Positions 10,115 to 19,338 of a DNA stretch of 64,000 bases are shown one piece after another. The DNA is taken from the IMG/VR virus record IMGVR_UViG_3300001533_000699. The stretch is one strand, 5' to 3'. Positions within the stretch are counted from its first letter, which is position 1. Each line of letters begins with the position of its first letter. The DNA is from a virus. Both the position numbers and the translations under genes were made by a program. A model generated the notes under the pieces. It did no database searches. It saw nothing but the letters and a program-made list of their open reading frames with translations, and had not been told where the DNA came from.

Positions 10115-11137
10115 ATGATAACAACCTACTTTCGTAGTTCCTCATATAACTGCTGGGGTCTATGTCAACAACAGTATCTGTTAACTTACGTTTTGGGTAT
10201 ACCAGCGCCATCTGGGAAAAAAGCAGAAATGGGAACTACGCTCCATAAGGTAATGGAGTGCCTAGCCAACTGCAAGCTATGTATCCAAAATGGTACGGCA
10301 TCGTTTGAAGATGATGCTTTGGGTACTGTACCAGTAACGCCCGACACGTTGACTGACCCGCGATTCGTAGAGAAGGTGTTTGATAAGGCATATGCCCACT
10401 ACACCTCTCCTGCTAAGAGCATTCACAAATATACTGAGGCAGATAAACGCGATATACGTCAGTGGTGTTGGGATGCGCTACAGTTTCAAAATGGCGCGTT
10501 TGACCCTCGTAAACTAACGATTGTAGCCACAGAACCGTTTTTCGACTTTCCAATAGATGAACCGTGGGCAAAATACAGCTATGTTTTACCTGACGGCAAA
10601 GAACTAACTGGACAATTGCGCGTTAAAGGTACGGTAGACCTTATTACAAAAGTAAGCGATACGCATTATGAAGTAATAGATTGGAAATCTGGAGAGTGTA
10701 AAGATTGGGGCACGGGAGCCGCCAAAGACTATGTTGACTTCTGTAAAGACCCTCAACTTAGAATCTACCACTGGGCTCTTAGTCAAATGTATAAAGAAGC
10801 GAAAACATTTGCTATGACTATCAACTATGTGCGTACTGCTGGGCCGTTCACAGTAGCATATTCTGACGATGATATCAAAGCTACAATGGCAATGTTACGC
10901 AAAAGGTTTGAGCATATTAAGTCAACGATTATACCAAAGCTTAAGTCACCAACCAATCAACATTGGTTTTGTAAGAGAGTGTGTTGGTATGGTAAAACCA
11001 TACACCCAAAAGATGGCACCAAAACTATATGTCAATACATTGCTGATAAAACTAGGCGATGTGGTTTGAACACGGTGATACTAGAAGAAACAGACCCAGG
11101 TCATACTGTTGGGTATTACCATAATCCAGGTAGTTAA
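10115..11137 (+). CDS. PD-(D/E)XK exonuclease (RecB/Cas4-like, possible Fe-S cluster)
   Basis: G..LH, GTVDLI, IDWKSG, QLRIY; N-terminal Cys plus C-terminal C-x3-C..C. Confidence 0.85.
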   Translation: MITTYFRSSSYNCWGLCQQQYLLTYVLGIPAPSGKKAEMGTTLHKVMECLANCKLCIQNGTASFEDDALGTVPVTPDTLTDPRFVEKVFDKAYAHYTSPAKSIHKYTEADKRDIRQWCWDALQFQNGAFDPRKLTIVATEPFFDFPIDEPWAKYSYVLPDGKELTGQLRVKGTVDLITKVSDTHYEVIDWKSGECKDWGTGAAKDYVDFCKDPQLRIYHWALSQMYKEAKTFAMTINYVRTAGPFTVAYSDDDIKATMAMLRKRFEHIKSTIIPKLKSPTNQHWFCKRVCWYGKTIHPKDGTKTICQYIADKTRRCGLNTVILEETDPGHTVGYYHNPGS

Positions 11138-11153
11138 ACAACGGAGAATACTG

Positions 11154-11570
11154 ATGCCAAAAGGTAAGAAGATTTGCCCACAATGCCAAGCTGAATTAGG
11201 TGTGCGTACTAAGGTCTGCGAATGCGGCCACGAGTTCGTGATTAAAAGTAGTAAGCAGGGAAGGGCTCATGGACCTCCCATTAAAACAAAGACTCACCCG
11301 TTAGCACAAACGTATGTTCCCACGCCGGGTTTGTGGGTGTTCGACCGTCCTCAGGATATGCCGAAGGTGCAGGCTCCCGGTCAACTACCAGATGGTCTTA
11401 TGACTAATCAGGAAATACATGAATATGTTACTTACAATGGTTTGGGTGATTGTATATTTGAATACATAATACCCGCTAAGATAGCAGACCCTAAACTGAG
11501 AAAAAAGTGGGAAAAAGCAAAGAAATATATAGAAGAAGCATGGGGTTATCTAATCAATGAAGACGATTAA
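11154..11570 (+). CDS. zinc-ribbon hypothetical protein
   Basis: CPQC..CECGHEF; GGAG RBS before ATG 11154. Confidence 0.7.
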   Translation: MPKGKKICPQCQAELGVRTKVCECGHEFVIKSSKQGRAHGPPIKTKTHPLAQTYVPTPGLWVFDRPQDMPKVQAPGQLPDGLMTNQEIHEYVTYNGLGDCIFEYIIPAKIADPKLRKKWEKAKKYIEEAWGYLINEDD

Positions 11571-11787
11571 TATAAATTTAAATAGAAAGCTAATGACACA
11601 TGCAATCATAGACCAATTACGTGATACAGCCAAATCGAACGATATGATAAGCGGAAGTGCTATTATTGATGTATTGAATGAGTATGATAGATTGCGTTAT
11701 TTAGTTGAGGGAATAACTACAGCATATATGCGTGGAGACGAACAAAAGATTAGACAGGTTCTAGACACATTTCAAATACTATTATGA
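11557..11787 (+). CDS. hypothetical protein
   Basis: overlapping operon packing. Confidence 0.55.
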   Translation: MKTININLNRKLMTHAIIDQLRDTAKSNDMISGSAIIDVLNEYDRLRYLVEGITTAYMRGDEQKIRQVLDTFQILL

Positions 11788-12152
11788 ATACATTCGACCA
11801 ATTAGTGTGGCAACAGGTCCAGACTGTGCGACCTTCATCTATCGTACTTGACAAATTACACGCTCGCGCTATAATACAGGATAGGGTGGACGCGCTACGT
11901 TCCGATAAAATGGACGTTTTAGATACGCTCGTACAAATTGCGGCGGCTGCGCAAATATGTGCAGAGCAACTATTATTGCTAAGACAGCAAGAAGAAGCTC
12001 CAAAACAAAGCGACTTACAGCATGAGTTGGAATCTATTGTGCAGCATATATTGGACAACATAACAGTAGCACAGCCTAAACAGCGCGGTGTATCTAGGCA
12101 GGTGTGTGAAATAGATACAGAGTTTTTGGAAAAATTGAAGGATATTGTATGA
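11784..12152 (+). CDS. hypothetical protein
   Basis: ATGA overlaps at both ends. Confidence 0.65.
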   Translation: MNTFDQLVWQQVQTVRPSSIVLDKLHARAIIQDRVDALRSDKMDVLDTLVQIAAAAQICAEQLLLLRQQEEAPKQSDLQHELESIVQHILDNITVAQPKQRGVSRQVCEIDTEFLEKLKDIV

Positions 12153-14122
12153 CGACATACTTTCCTCTGCATGTGCATTCTCATTACTCATTACTTGATG
12201 GATTAAGTAAACCATCACAAATAGCACGTAGATGTAAGGAACTAAATTTACCGGGCTCAGCTATTACTGACCATGGCAACATTTCTGGTGCTATTTCTTT
12301 TATGAAGGCTATGAAGGGACTTCAGCCAATTATTGGGTGTGAACTATACATAAGTCCAAACGATGCTACTATTAAAGATGGAGACCGTACTTTATACCAT
12401 CTTTGTGTTTTAGCAAAAAATATGGAAGGATGGCGCAGATTAGTACAAATCACAAGCGAATCCAATAAACCAGAGCACTTCTACTATAAACCGAGATTGG
12501 ATTTAGACCGATTAGCTAAATATGCAGATGGCAACTTAATTGCATTCAGCGGACACTTAGGCTCACATTTATCACACTGCATTTTTAAGGACATGGCGGT
12601 ACATGACTGTAAAACCGCCGAAGAAGCCAAAGCCCTTACGTACCCTGATTGGGTACAACGCACTACAGATGCGGCTATGCGTCTACGTGATATTTTTGGT
12701 AAAGATAATTTCTTTATAGAGATACAAGTTATTGATAGCAAGAATATGCCAGCGTGTGCCTTGCTTGCTACAGGTCTAAGGTATATCTCTAAAAAAACAG
12801 GCATTCCCTGCATAGCAACACCAGATGCGCATTATGCAAAACCAGAAGATGCGTACGACCAAAGAATATTGTTGTGTAATGCCATAAATACAAATTTCCA
12901 AACTATAGAAGAAAAGAAGGTAAGTGGTGAAAATATTGGAATGGGAGCGTTCTTTCGTTCACGCCAATATCATATACCATCTTACGAAACAATGATTCAG
13001 TATGGTAATACCGAAGAAGAACTTGCTAATACTATGGTCGTTGCTCAAATGTGTGAGTCTTATGACCTGACATCACCACCTAAACTACCTAAATTTCCAT
13101 GTCCCGATGGAATGACTTCGCGACAGTACCTAACGAAGTTATTACACCAAGGCTGGATAGACCGACAACCGCAAATTCAGAACACAATCAACAGAACACA
13201 TCATACTGAACAAGAATACAAAGACAGACTTAATGAAGAATATAAGATTCTAACAGATGTGGGTCTATCAGATTATTTTCTAATTGTTAATGATATTATC
13301 CAATGGGCACGTAGCCAAGGTCAGCTTACCGGCGCTGGTCGTGGTAGTGCTGCTGGTTCATTAATTCTATACATACTTGGCGTTACTCACGTGGACCCAA
13401 TTGAGTTTGACCTGTTGTTTTCAAGGTTTTATAACGCTGGTCGTAATACAGCCGAACGTATCTCTTTGCCGGATGTTGATATGGATTTTGAAATTCAACA
13501 ACGGTTTAAAATATTAGACTATATACGTCAAAGGTATGGGCGTGAACACGTTGCGCAAATGCTCACGTTTACCAGACTACAGGGGCGTGGTGCATTAAAA
13601 GATGTCATGCGTGCTCATTCTGCTATGTCATTTGAAGAAATGAATCGTGTGACAGCATTTATACCAGATGAAGCTGAAATCAGCGACCAATTACAAGCAG
13701 TTAAAGAGTTAGATAAGCAGGAAGGTGGGGATGGTGAAGCGTCTATTATACGCTGGGCATTAGAACATCACGCCGACGACCTTAAACAATGGGCGTATAT
13801 TGATGATGACGGCAACATACAAGGACCATACGCTAAGCTGTTTGAACAGGCTATTAGAATAGAAGGCACTAAAAAATCACAAAGCAAACACGCCGCTGGT
13901 ATTATTATCGCTCAAGATGTATTATCTGATATATGTCCAATGGTATATGACAAATCTTCTGGTGAGACAATATGTGGAATGGAAATGAATGACTTAGAAG
14001 ATATGGGCAATGTAAAGATAGATATATTGGGCGTAGCAATGTTGGATAAATGCCACGGAATACTCAATTTACTAAAATATGGAACTCTATGTAAGGAAAA
14101 TAATGAATCAACCAACAGTTGA
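12149..14122 (+). CDS. dnaE: DNA polymerase III alpha, N-terminal half (PHP + catalytic palm)
   Basis: HVHSHYSLLDG, TDHGN, DAHY, GRGSAAGSL, PDVDMDF, HAAG, KIDILG; stops shortly after KIDILG. Confidence 0.95.
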   Translation: MTTYFPLHVHSHYSLLDGLSKPSQIARRCKELNLPGSAITDHGNISGAISFMKAMKGLQPIIGCELYISPNDATIKDGDRTLYHLCVLAKNMEGWRRLVQITSESNKPEHFYYKPRLDLDRLAKYADGNLIAFSGHLGSHLSHCIFKDMAVHDCKTAEEAKALTYPDWVQRTTDAAMRLRDIFGKDNFFIEIQVIDSKNMPACALLATGLRYISKKTGIPCIATPDAHYAKPEDAYDQRILLCNAINTNFQTIEEKKVSGENIGMGAFFRSRQYHIPSYETMIQYGNTEEELANTMVVAQMCESYDLTSPPKLPKFPCPDGMTSRQYLTKLLHQGWIDRQPQIQNTINRTHHTEQEYKDRLNEEYKILTDVGLSDYFLIVNDIIQWARSQGQLTGAGRGSAAGSLILYILGVTHVDPIEFDLLFSRFYNAGRNTAERISLPDVDMDFEIQQRFKILDYIRQRYGREHVAQMLTFTRLQGRGALKDVMRAHSAMSFEEMNRVTAFIPDEAEISDQLQAVKELDKQEGGDGEASIIRWALEHHADDLKQWAYIDDDGNIQGPYAKLFEQAIRIEGTKKSQSKHAAGIIIAQDVLSDICPMVYDKSSGETICGMEMNDLEDMGNVKIDILGVAMLDKCHGILNLLKYGTLCKENNESTNS

Positions 14123-14288
14123 AGAAGTAGTTAATAAGCTTGGAGAACCAACGCGTGGATTGGTCACGAGAGCATTCGCATGGTTAGATAAGAAAGACAA
14201 GCATTTTCAAAATAAGTCACAAGTAGATAGATGGCAATTTATTGAGCGTTTGCTTGAGCAACATAGTACAGAACAGGAAACTTCATAA
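14103..14288 (+). CDS. small hypothetical protein
   Basis: AAGGA RBS, TAATG overlap with the next gene. Confidence 0.5.
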   Translation: MNQPTVEEVVNKLGEPTRGLVTRAFAWLDKKDKHFQNKSQVDRWQFIERLLEQHSTEQETS

Positions 14289-14962
14289 TGGACAACAGGC
14301 ACTTTTTATGTTTTGATTTTGAAACCGGCGGCAAATCTACGGAAACCGCCGAGGTACTACAAATAGGTGCGTGTGTAGTTCACCGTAACTCTCTTACTAT
14401 TGTAGATAGTTTTGAAAGCCTAATGAGGCCAAAAGACTTTGATGCACTAGAGGATGAGGCACTAGCTATCAATGGGCTCACACGTGAAGAACTTAGAGAA
14501 GCACCTGAACCAGATTTGGTATGGCCAACTTGGGCCAAATGGATTCAGAGATACAATATTAATAAGAATAAGAACTCGTTCGGTGCACCAATAGCCATGT
14601 ATTACAATGGCGATAATTTTGATATGGCTTTCATGAAAAGGTATTGCAAACAATATGGATACTGGGATAATAAATGGGACAACCAAACACTTGTCAACCC
14701 TATTCACACTTTCGATGTCATGAAGCATATATGGTTTTGGTTTAGGTCAGTATCAGATGGTCCTAGTAATCTCAAGCTTACTACTATATTAGAGTATATG
14801 GGTGTACCAAAATCAGAGATTGATAAAGGTGCCCACAATGCATTATGGGATGTTACCTGGACAGCTAAGATTGGTGTACGTCTATTGAATGTTGGTAGTT
14901 ATTTAACAACTCCTAACGATGATGGTAAGAGACGGCTGGAAATGAAAGACTGTTTTTGTTAA
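14288..14962 (+). CDS. DEDDh 3'-5' exonuclease (DnaQ/RNase T-like)
   Basis: DFETGG, YNGDNFD, HNALWD. Confidence 0.9.
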   Translation: MDNRHFLCFDFETGGKSTETAEVLQIGACVVHRNSLTIVDSFESLMRPKDFDALEDEALAINGLTREELREAPEPDLVWPTWAKWIQRYNINKNKNSFGAPIAMYYNGDNFDMAFMKRYCKQYGYWDNKWDNQTLVNPIHTFDVMKHIWFWFRSVSDGPSNLKLTTILEYMGVPKSEIDKGAHNALWDVTWTAKIGVRLLNVGSYLTTPNDDGKRRLEMKDCFC

Positions 14963-14975
14963 ATAGGACAACACA

Positions 14976-15314
14976 ATGAAATCAAACATAATAGAAAAAA
15001 TGCTGCGTGAAGCTGCGAACGTAAATAAAAACCACACAACGCAAGAAATAGCTGAGTTTATCGCAAAGGAAATACAACAACACACATTAATTTGTCACAA
15101 AATGCAGAACATAAGACATGCGCTAGTAGCAGAGGAAGATAGATATAAAAAAAATATAGACGCCATCAAGAAGGCAGCAATAAAAATTCGTACTGAAGAA
15201 TGTAAGCATTGGGATGTGGAATATTTTCCTGATGCATCTGGTGGTAATGACTCTGTTTATATCTGCAATGATTGCGGATTATCAAAAAAAACACCATTTG
15301 GAAAACAACAATGA
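14976..15314 (+). CDS. hypothetical protein
   Basis: coiled coil, then CxH..CxxC. Confidence 0.6.
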   Translation: MKSNIIEKMLREAANVNKNHTTQEIAEFIAKEIQQHTLICHKMQNIRHALVAEEDRYKKNIDAIKKAAIKIRTEECKHWDVEYFPDASGGNDSVYICNDCGLSKKTPFGKQQ

Positions 15315-15511
15315 AAACCTCTATGCTGATAAACAAGCTACAGAAACTACAATCATTATACGGTAACCTTGAGGTTGTTGTTGCTGGTGTGTTCACTGGC
15401 GGCGCACACAAGTTTGACGTATGTCCACCATCCGATTACTACGACCCACAGGAAGTGCTGATGATGAACGCAACGGATGTACAGGAAAAGTTTGTTATTG
15501 ACCAAGTATGA
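15311..15511 (+). CDS. small hypothetical protein
   Basis: ATGA overlaps at both ends. Confidence 0.5.
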   Translation: MKTSMLINKLQKLQSLYGNLEVVVAGVFTGGAHKFDVCPPSDYYDPQEVLMMNATDVQEKFVIDQV

Positions 15512-15783
15512 CTACCATATTTGAAGTCATTGGATGGATAGGTGCAATTCTATTCTGTCTTTGTGGAGTTCCACAAGCACTAAGAACATACCGCACAAAA
15601 AGCACCACAGATATTTCTTGGTGGTTTCTATGGATGTGGTATATAGGTGAGATACTAACGTTAATATACGTTATGTATACAAGTATTAGTAATGAATACT
15701 GGCAGGCTTCCCTGCTTACAAACTACATTTTCAACATTTGTATAATTACATATATCATTGCTATGAAATGGAGATATGAATAA
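15508..15783 (+). CDS. PQ-loop / SemiSWEET-like three-helix membrane protein
   Basis: IGWIG..PQ..RTYRTKSTTDIS and three hydrophobic segments. Confidence 0.8.
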   Translation: MTTIFEVIGWIGAILFCLCGVPQALRTYRTKSTTDISWWFLWMWYIGEILTLIYVMYTSISNEYWQASLLTNYIFNICIITYIIAMKWRYE

Positions 15784-16262
15784 TGTATGAATTGACCAAT
15801 GACTTTTGGGCTGAAGCAGAACAAAGTGATGTATGTGCAATAGTTTGTACTATTAATACTGTCTGTAAAAAAGACGGCACGTTAGTAATGGGTGCTGGTA
15901 TAGCAAAAGACTTTGCTGAGCGCATTGAATGGCTGCCAGAAAGATGGGGTGTGCGCACAGCACGAATGTCCAATGGTCCTACTTATCCATTCGTGGAAAT
16001 TATGCAGGGAAACCATCCTGATATTGTAGGCATCCACACAAAACTTGATTGGCGAGACCCCTCTCCTTTGAATCTGGTTGACAGAAGCATTAAACAGTTG
16101 TATATTGTGTCTATGGCTCTTGAATGGCGGTGGGGTGCACAAAAACGCATTTTGATGACTAGACCGGGCTGCGGTCATGGAGGGTTGTCGTGGTCTAAGC
16201 AAATTAAGCCTTTGATGGATAAAATTCTGGACGATAGATTTGTGGTTATAAATCAACAATAA
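15783..16262 (+). CDS. macrodomain (ADP-ribose-processing, DarG/TARG1-like) protein
   Basis: TIN..G.LVMGAGIAK, TK..WR..S, PGCGHGGLSW. Confidence 0.8.
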   Translation: MYELTNDFWAEAEQSDVCAIVCTINTVCKKDGTLVMGAGIAKDFAERIEWLPERWGVRTARMSNGPTYPFVEIMQGNHPDIVGIHTKLDWRDPSPLNLVDRSIKQLYIVSMALEWRWGAQKRILMTRPGCGHGGLSWSKQIKPLMDKILDDRFVVINQQ

Positions 16263-16278
16263 CTTTCAGGTAAAAATT

Positions 16279-16665
16279 ATGAATATTGATGAAGCTCGTG
16301 AGACTATGAAATGTGTACAACAGCATTTATCGGCAGGTCGTTGTGTAGATAGACACATTACACAATGTCTAACGGACGTAATTGTTTTTTTATTGTATCA
16401 ATTACATGAAACACCTGAACAACCCAGCAAAGATAACGATATACACCAACCAGCAACCAGGATTCTGTTGACTGAATATATTGGAGACGCACCAGGGCGA
16501 CCTATATCTATTAACCCTGAAGAAATCTCATGTATCCGTTCGTATTCTTATCATTCATTTCGTCCATATATTGGTGAAGTTATTCTGTCTAATGGTGTCA
16601 AAATTCGTACGTGGGAAACAGCCGAAGATATAGATAAGTTAGTACAACGCTCTACAGAAAGTTGA
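16279..16665 (+). CDS. hypothetical protein
   Basis: 128-aa ORF within the operon. Confidence 0.55.
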   Translation: MNIDEARETMKCVQQHLSAGRCVDRHITQCLTDVIVFLLYQLHETPEQPSKDNDIHQPATRILLTEYIGDAPGRPISINPEEISCIRSYSYHSFRPYIGEVILSNGVKIRTWETAEDIDKLVQRSTES

Positions 16666-16669
16666 GATT

Positions 16670-18775
16670 ATGAGTAAGTTAGTGTTTGGATGTGGTTGTG
16701 AATTTCCAATTGCGAACTGTGAACAAGACATATATGCTGACCATCATACTGGCCCACTCCCGTTAGGCATTGATGTGGATATTTACAATATTTCACACAC
16801 ATGTCCAAGAACGTGGGCGTTATTTTCCGAAGGTCACACAAAGGGGGTATTTCAGTTAGAGGGTAACTTAGGTAGAACGTGGGCACGTAAGATACAACCA
16901 GAAAACTTAGAAGAGTTGTCTGCATTAATTGCACTTATAAGACCAGGATGTCTCAAGGCATTATCCGGTAACCCACCTAAATCTATGACTCAAAGATTTA
17001 AGGACCGCAAACATAAACTAGAAGATATAGAATATATGCATCCTGCGCTTGAGTCAGTGCTTGATACAACGTACGGGGTTCTGGTATACCAAGAACAAAG
17101 TATGAAACTAGCCGTGACTCTTGCGGGTTTTGATTTGCAACAAGCAGATGTGCTTAGAAAAAGTATAGGCAAGAAAAAAGCTGACATCATGATTAAAGTT
17201 CGTGATGAATTTATAGGTGGTTGTACCACAACAGAAATTGTGACCAAAGAACAAGCAGAAGAGATATTCGGCTGGATACAAGAAAGCCAAAAATACAGTT
17301 TTAACAAGTGCTTATCACCAACAACCGTGGTAGAAACTATTGATGGCAAATACTACACATTAGAAGACGTAGATATTGGAACACAAATTACTTCACCAAA
17401 TGGTCCAACAACCATTATTAACAAATATGATAATGGAATACAGGATGTATTTGAAATTACTCTTGAGTCTGGTAAGACAATTCAATGTACTATGTCACAT
17501 GAGTTTTTATGTAAAGACGGTCTAAAACACACGCTATCCGAAATTTTGGAACACGAACTTAAGATTGTGTGTCAAGACCAAGCATTATCTCAAGCAGCAC
17601 AACGGCGCATCATTCATGGCCATACTGGATGTAGTCATTCAACTGAAAAAGTAATTTCAGTACGAAAAATTGGTAAAATGCGCACGGTAGATATTGAGGT
17701 TGACAATCCATCTCATGTGTTTTATGCCAATGGTGGTGTCGCAACTTCCAATTCACACGCCGTATCCTATGCAGAAGGGGGATACTGGACCGCCTATCTC
17801 AAGGCACACTTCCCTGCTCAATTCTATTGCTCATTTCTACACGGCGCACAATGGAAACAAGATACTAGTGAAGAAGTATATGAATTGGTGAATGATGCCA
17901 AACTGAATGATATAGTTGTACGAGTACCAGATTTTAGAGACCAGCAAACAGTACCATATCTCAACGGTACCGAGGTGTGTTTTGGTATTGGTGATATCAA
18001 AAATATTGGTAAGGCCGCTCTACAAAAACTTTACGTCGCTATAAACGACATTGATAAGCCCGTACGAGAGTGGTCGTGGATGGACTACATTGCACTATTC
18101 TCTAGTCGTGTATCAAGTACAGTCAATGAGGCATTGGTATGTTGTGGTGCTTTGGATTATTACGGCAAGCCTCGTACTACCATGATGTATGAGATAAACT
18201 TATGGAAAGAGTTGACCAATAAAGAAAAAGAGTGGATAGTAGAACACATGCCGTATGCAGACATGATAACGGCGCTGCGTGAATGTGCTCATACAAAGAA
18301 AGAAGGCGGTGGATGTCACTCAGTTAAAAGGGTGCAGGCAGTAGAAAACATTATTGCCATGATAGAAAAACCACCGCACTCTCTTTATGATACGGCAGAC
18401 TTTATAGCGTGGTGTGAAGATAAATATCTAGGTGCATCTCTAACATGTAGCCGTGTAGATGGCTGTATTAAAGCTGTTGAAGCTAATGTTACATGTAAAG
18501 ACGTTGTAAAAGGTTATACTGGATATACAGTTATAGCTGTTGAGGTTACTAGAATAAAACAAGTGAAGACTAAAAAGGGCAAAACACCAGGACAAAACAT
18601 GGCGTTTATGAGTGTAGCGGATAGCTCATGCTCATTAGATGATGTAGTAGTGTTTCCAGATAAGTGGCGTGAATACAAAGACATACTATATGAGGGTAAT
18701 ACAGTTTTGATGCAAGGAGAACCATCACATAAAAAGGGTGGCGGTTTTACTGCGAAAAAGTTTTGGCAGATTTGA
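16670..18775 (+). CDS. dnaE: DNA polymerase III alpha, C-terminal half (fingers, HhH, OB), with mini-intein
   Basis: GVFQLE, ALIRPG, TYGVLVYQEQ, YSFNK/SHAVSY, AYLKAHFP, MAF..V.D OB fold. Confidence 0.95.
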   Translation: MSKLVFGCGCEFPIANCEQDIYADHHTGPLPLGIDVDIYNISHTCPRTWALFSEGHTKGVFQLEGNLGRTWARKIQPENLEELSALIALIRPGCLKALSGNPPKSMTQRFKDRKHKLEDIEYMHPALESVLDTTYGVLVYQEQSMKLAVTLAGFDLQQADVLRKSIGKKKADIMIKVRDEFIGGCTTTEIVTKEQAEEIFGWIQESQKYSFNKCLSPTTVVETIDGKYYTLEDVDIGTQITSPNGPTTIINKYDNGIQDVFEITLESGKTIQCTMSHEFLCKDGLKHTLSEILEHELKIVCQDQALSQAAQRRIIHGHTGCSHSTEKVISVRKIGKMRTVDIEVDNPSHVFYANGGVATSNSHAVSYAEGGYWTAYLKAHFPAQFYCSFLHGAQWKQDTSEEVYELVNDAKLNDIVVRVPDFRDQQTVPYLNGTEVCFGIGDIKNIGKAALQKLYVAINDIDKPVREWSWMDYIALFSSRVSSTVNEALVCCGALDYYGKPRTTMMYEINLWKELTNKEKEWIVEHMPYADMITALRECAHTKKEGGGCHSVKRVQAVENIIAMIEKPPHSLYDTADFIAWCEDKYLGASLTCSRVDGCIKAVEANVTCKDVVKGYTGYTVIAVEVTRIKQVKTKKGKTPGQNMAFMSVADSSCSLDDVVVFPDKWREYKDILYEGNTVLMQGEPSHKKGGGFTAKKFWQI
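17309..17752 (+). mobile_element. 148-aa mini-intein lacking an endonuclease
   Basis: CLSPTT start, block B TMSH, VDIEV..HVFYANG, ends TSN before Ser; interrupts FNK/SH. Confidence 0.9.
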
Positions 18776-18776
18776 C

Positions 18777-18806
18777 TTGACAACTAGCAGGTTTGGAAGT
18801 TATAAT
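18777..18806 (+). promoter_or_regulatory. consensus sigma70 promoter
   Basis: TTGACA-18 nt-TATAAT, ATG at 18811. Confidence 0.65.
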
Positions 18807-18810
18807 AGGT

Positions 18811-19338
18811 ATGAATTCAGACATCAAAAAACTATTAGATAAATTAGATTATCGTGTGGTAGCATGCGCTACGAATAATGGTTGTGTGGTTTCTTTTCCT
18901 AATCGCAAACAAGAACCATTGCTCATGACATCACTCATATCTATGCAGTACACAAGTGAAGGAGTGCATGTACAACATGTAGATGATACTAGTGTTGAGA
19001 TATATTCTACAACGTACAGATGCCCGCCATATGCACAAAGACTATTGTTGAATTTTTATATTATGTATATGTGTATAACCATACAATATTCGTTACATTA
19101 CATTAAATTTACTGATAGTCAAGACATAGAAATTACTGAACAGGAATTCTTTGAGGCAGTAAATAGTCCAAATATAACAAGTGGCATGATTGACAAAGAA
19201 AACATATTAGGACAAATTCTAATGCCTTGTGTTGCAATAGGATTCAATGAAAAATATAAGCAATTGGCAAAAAGCAATAATGTACTAGACGGATTCTTAG
19301 CTATACAAAATGCATTAGGTGGTGATAATGAAAAATAA
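18811..19338 (+). CDS. hypothetical protein
   Basis: ATG 18811 just downstream of the promoter. Confidence 0.6.
   Translation: MNSDIKKLLDKLDYRVVACATNNGCVVSFPNRKQEPLLMTSLISMQYTSEGVHVQHVDDTSVEIYSTTYRCPPYAQRLLLNFYIMYMCITIQYSLHYIKFTDSQDIEITEQEFFEAVNSPNITSGMIDKENILGQILMPCVAIGFNEKYKQLAKSNNVLDGFLAIQNALGGDNEK

Noticed and set aside
10115-11137. Cas4 as part of a CRISPR system
   Set aside because: No other cas genes or repeat-spacer array were seen; the context is phage replication.
14000-16800. Split intein or group I intron joining the dnaE halves
   Set aside because: No intein N- or C-terminal motifs at the broken ends. The gap is filled with ordinary RBS-led, overlapping genes.
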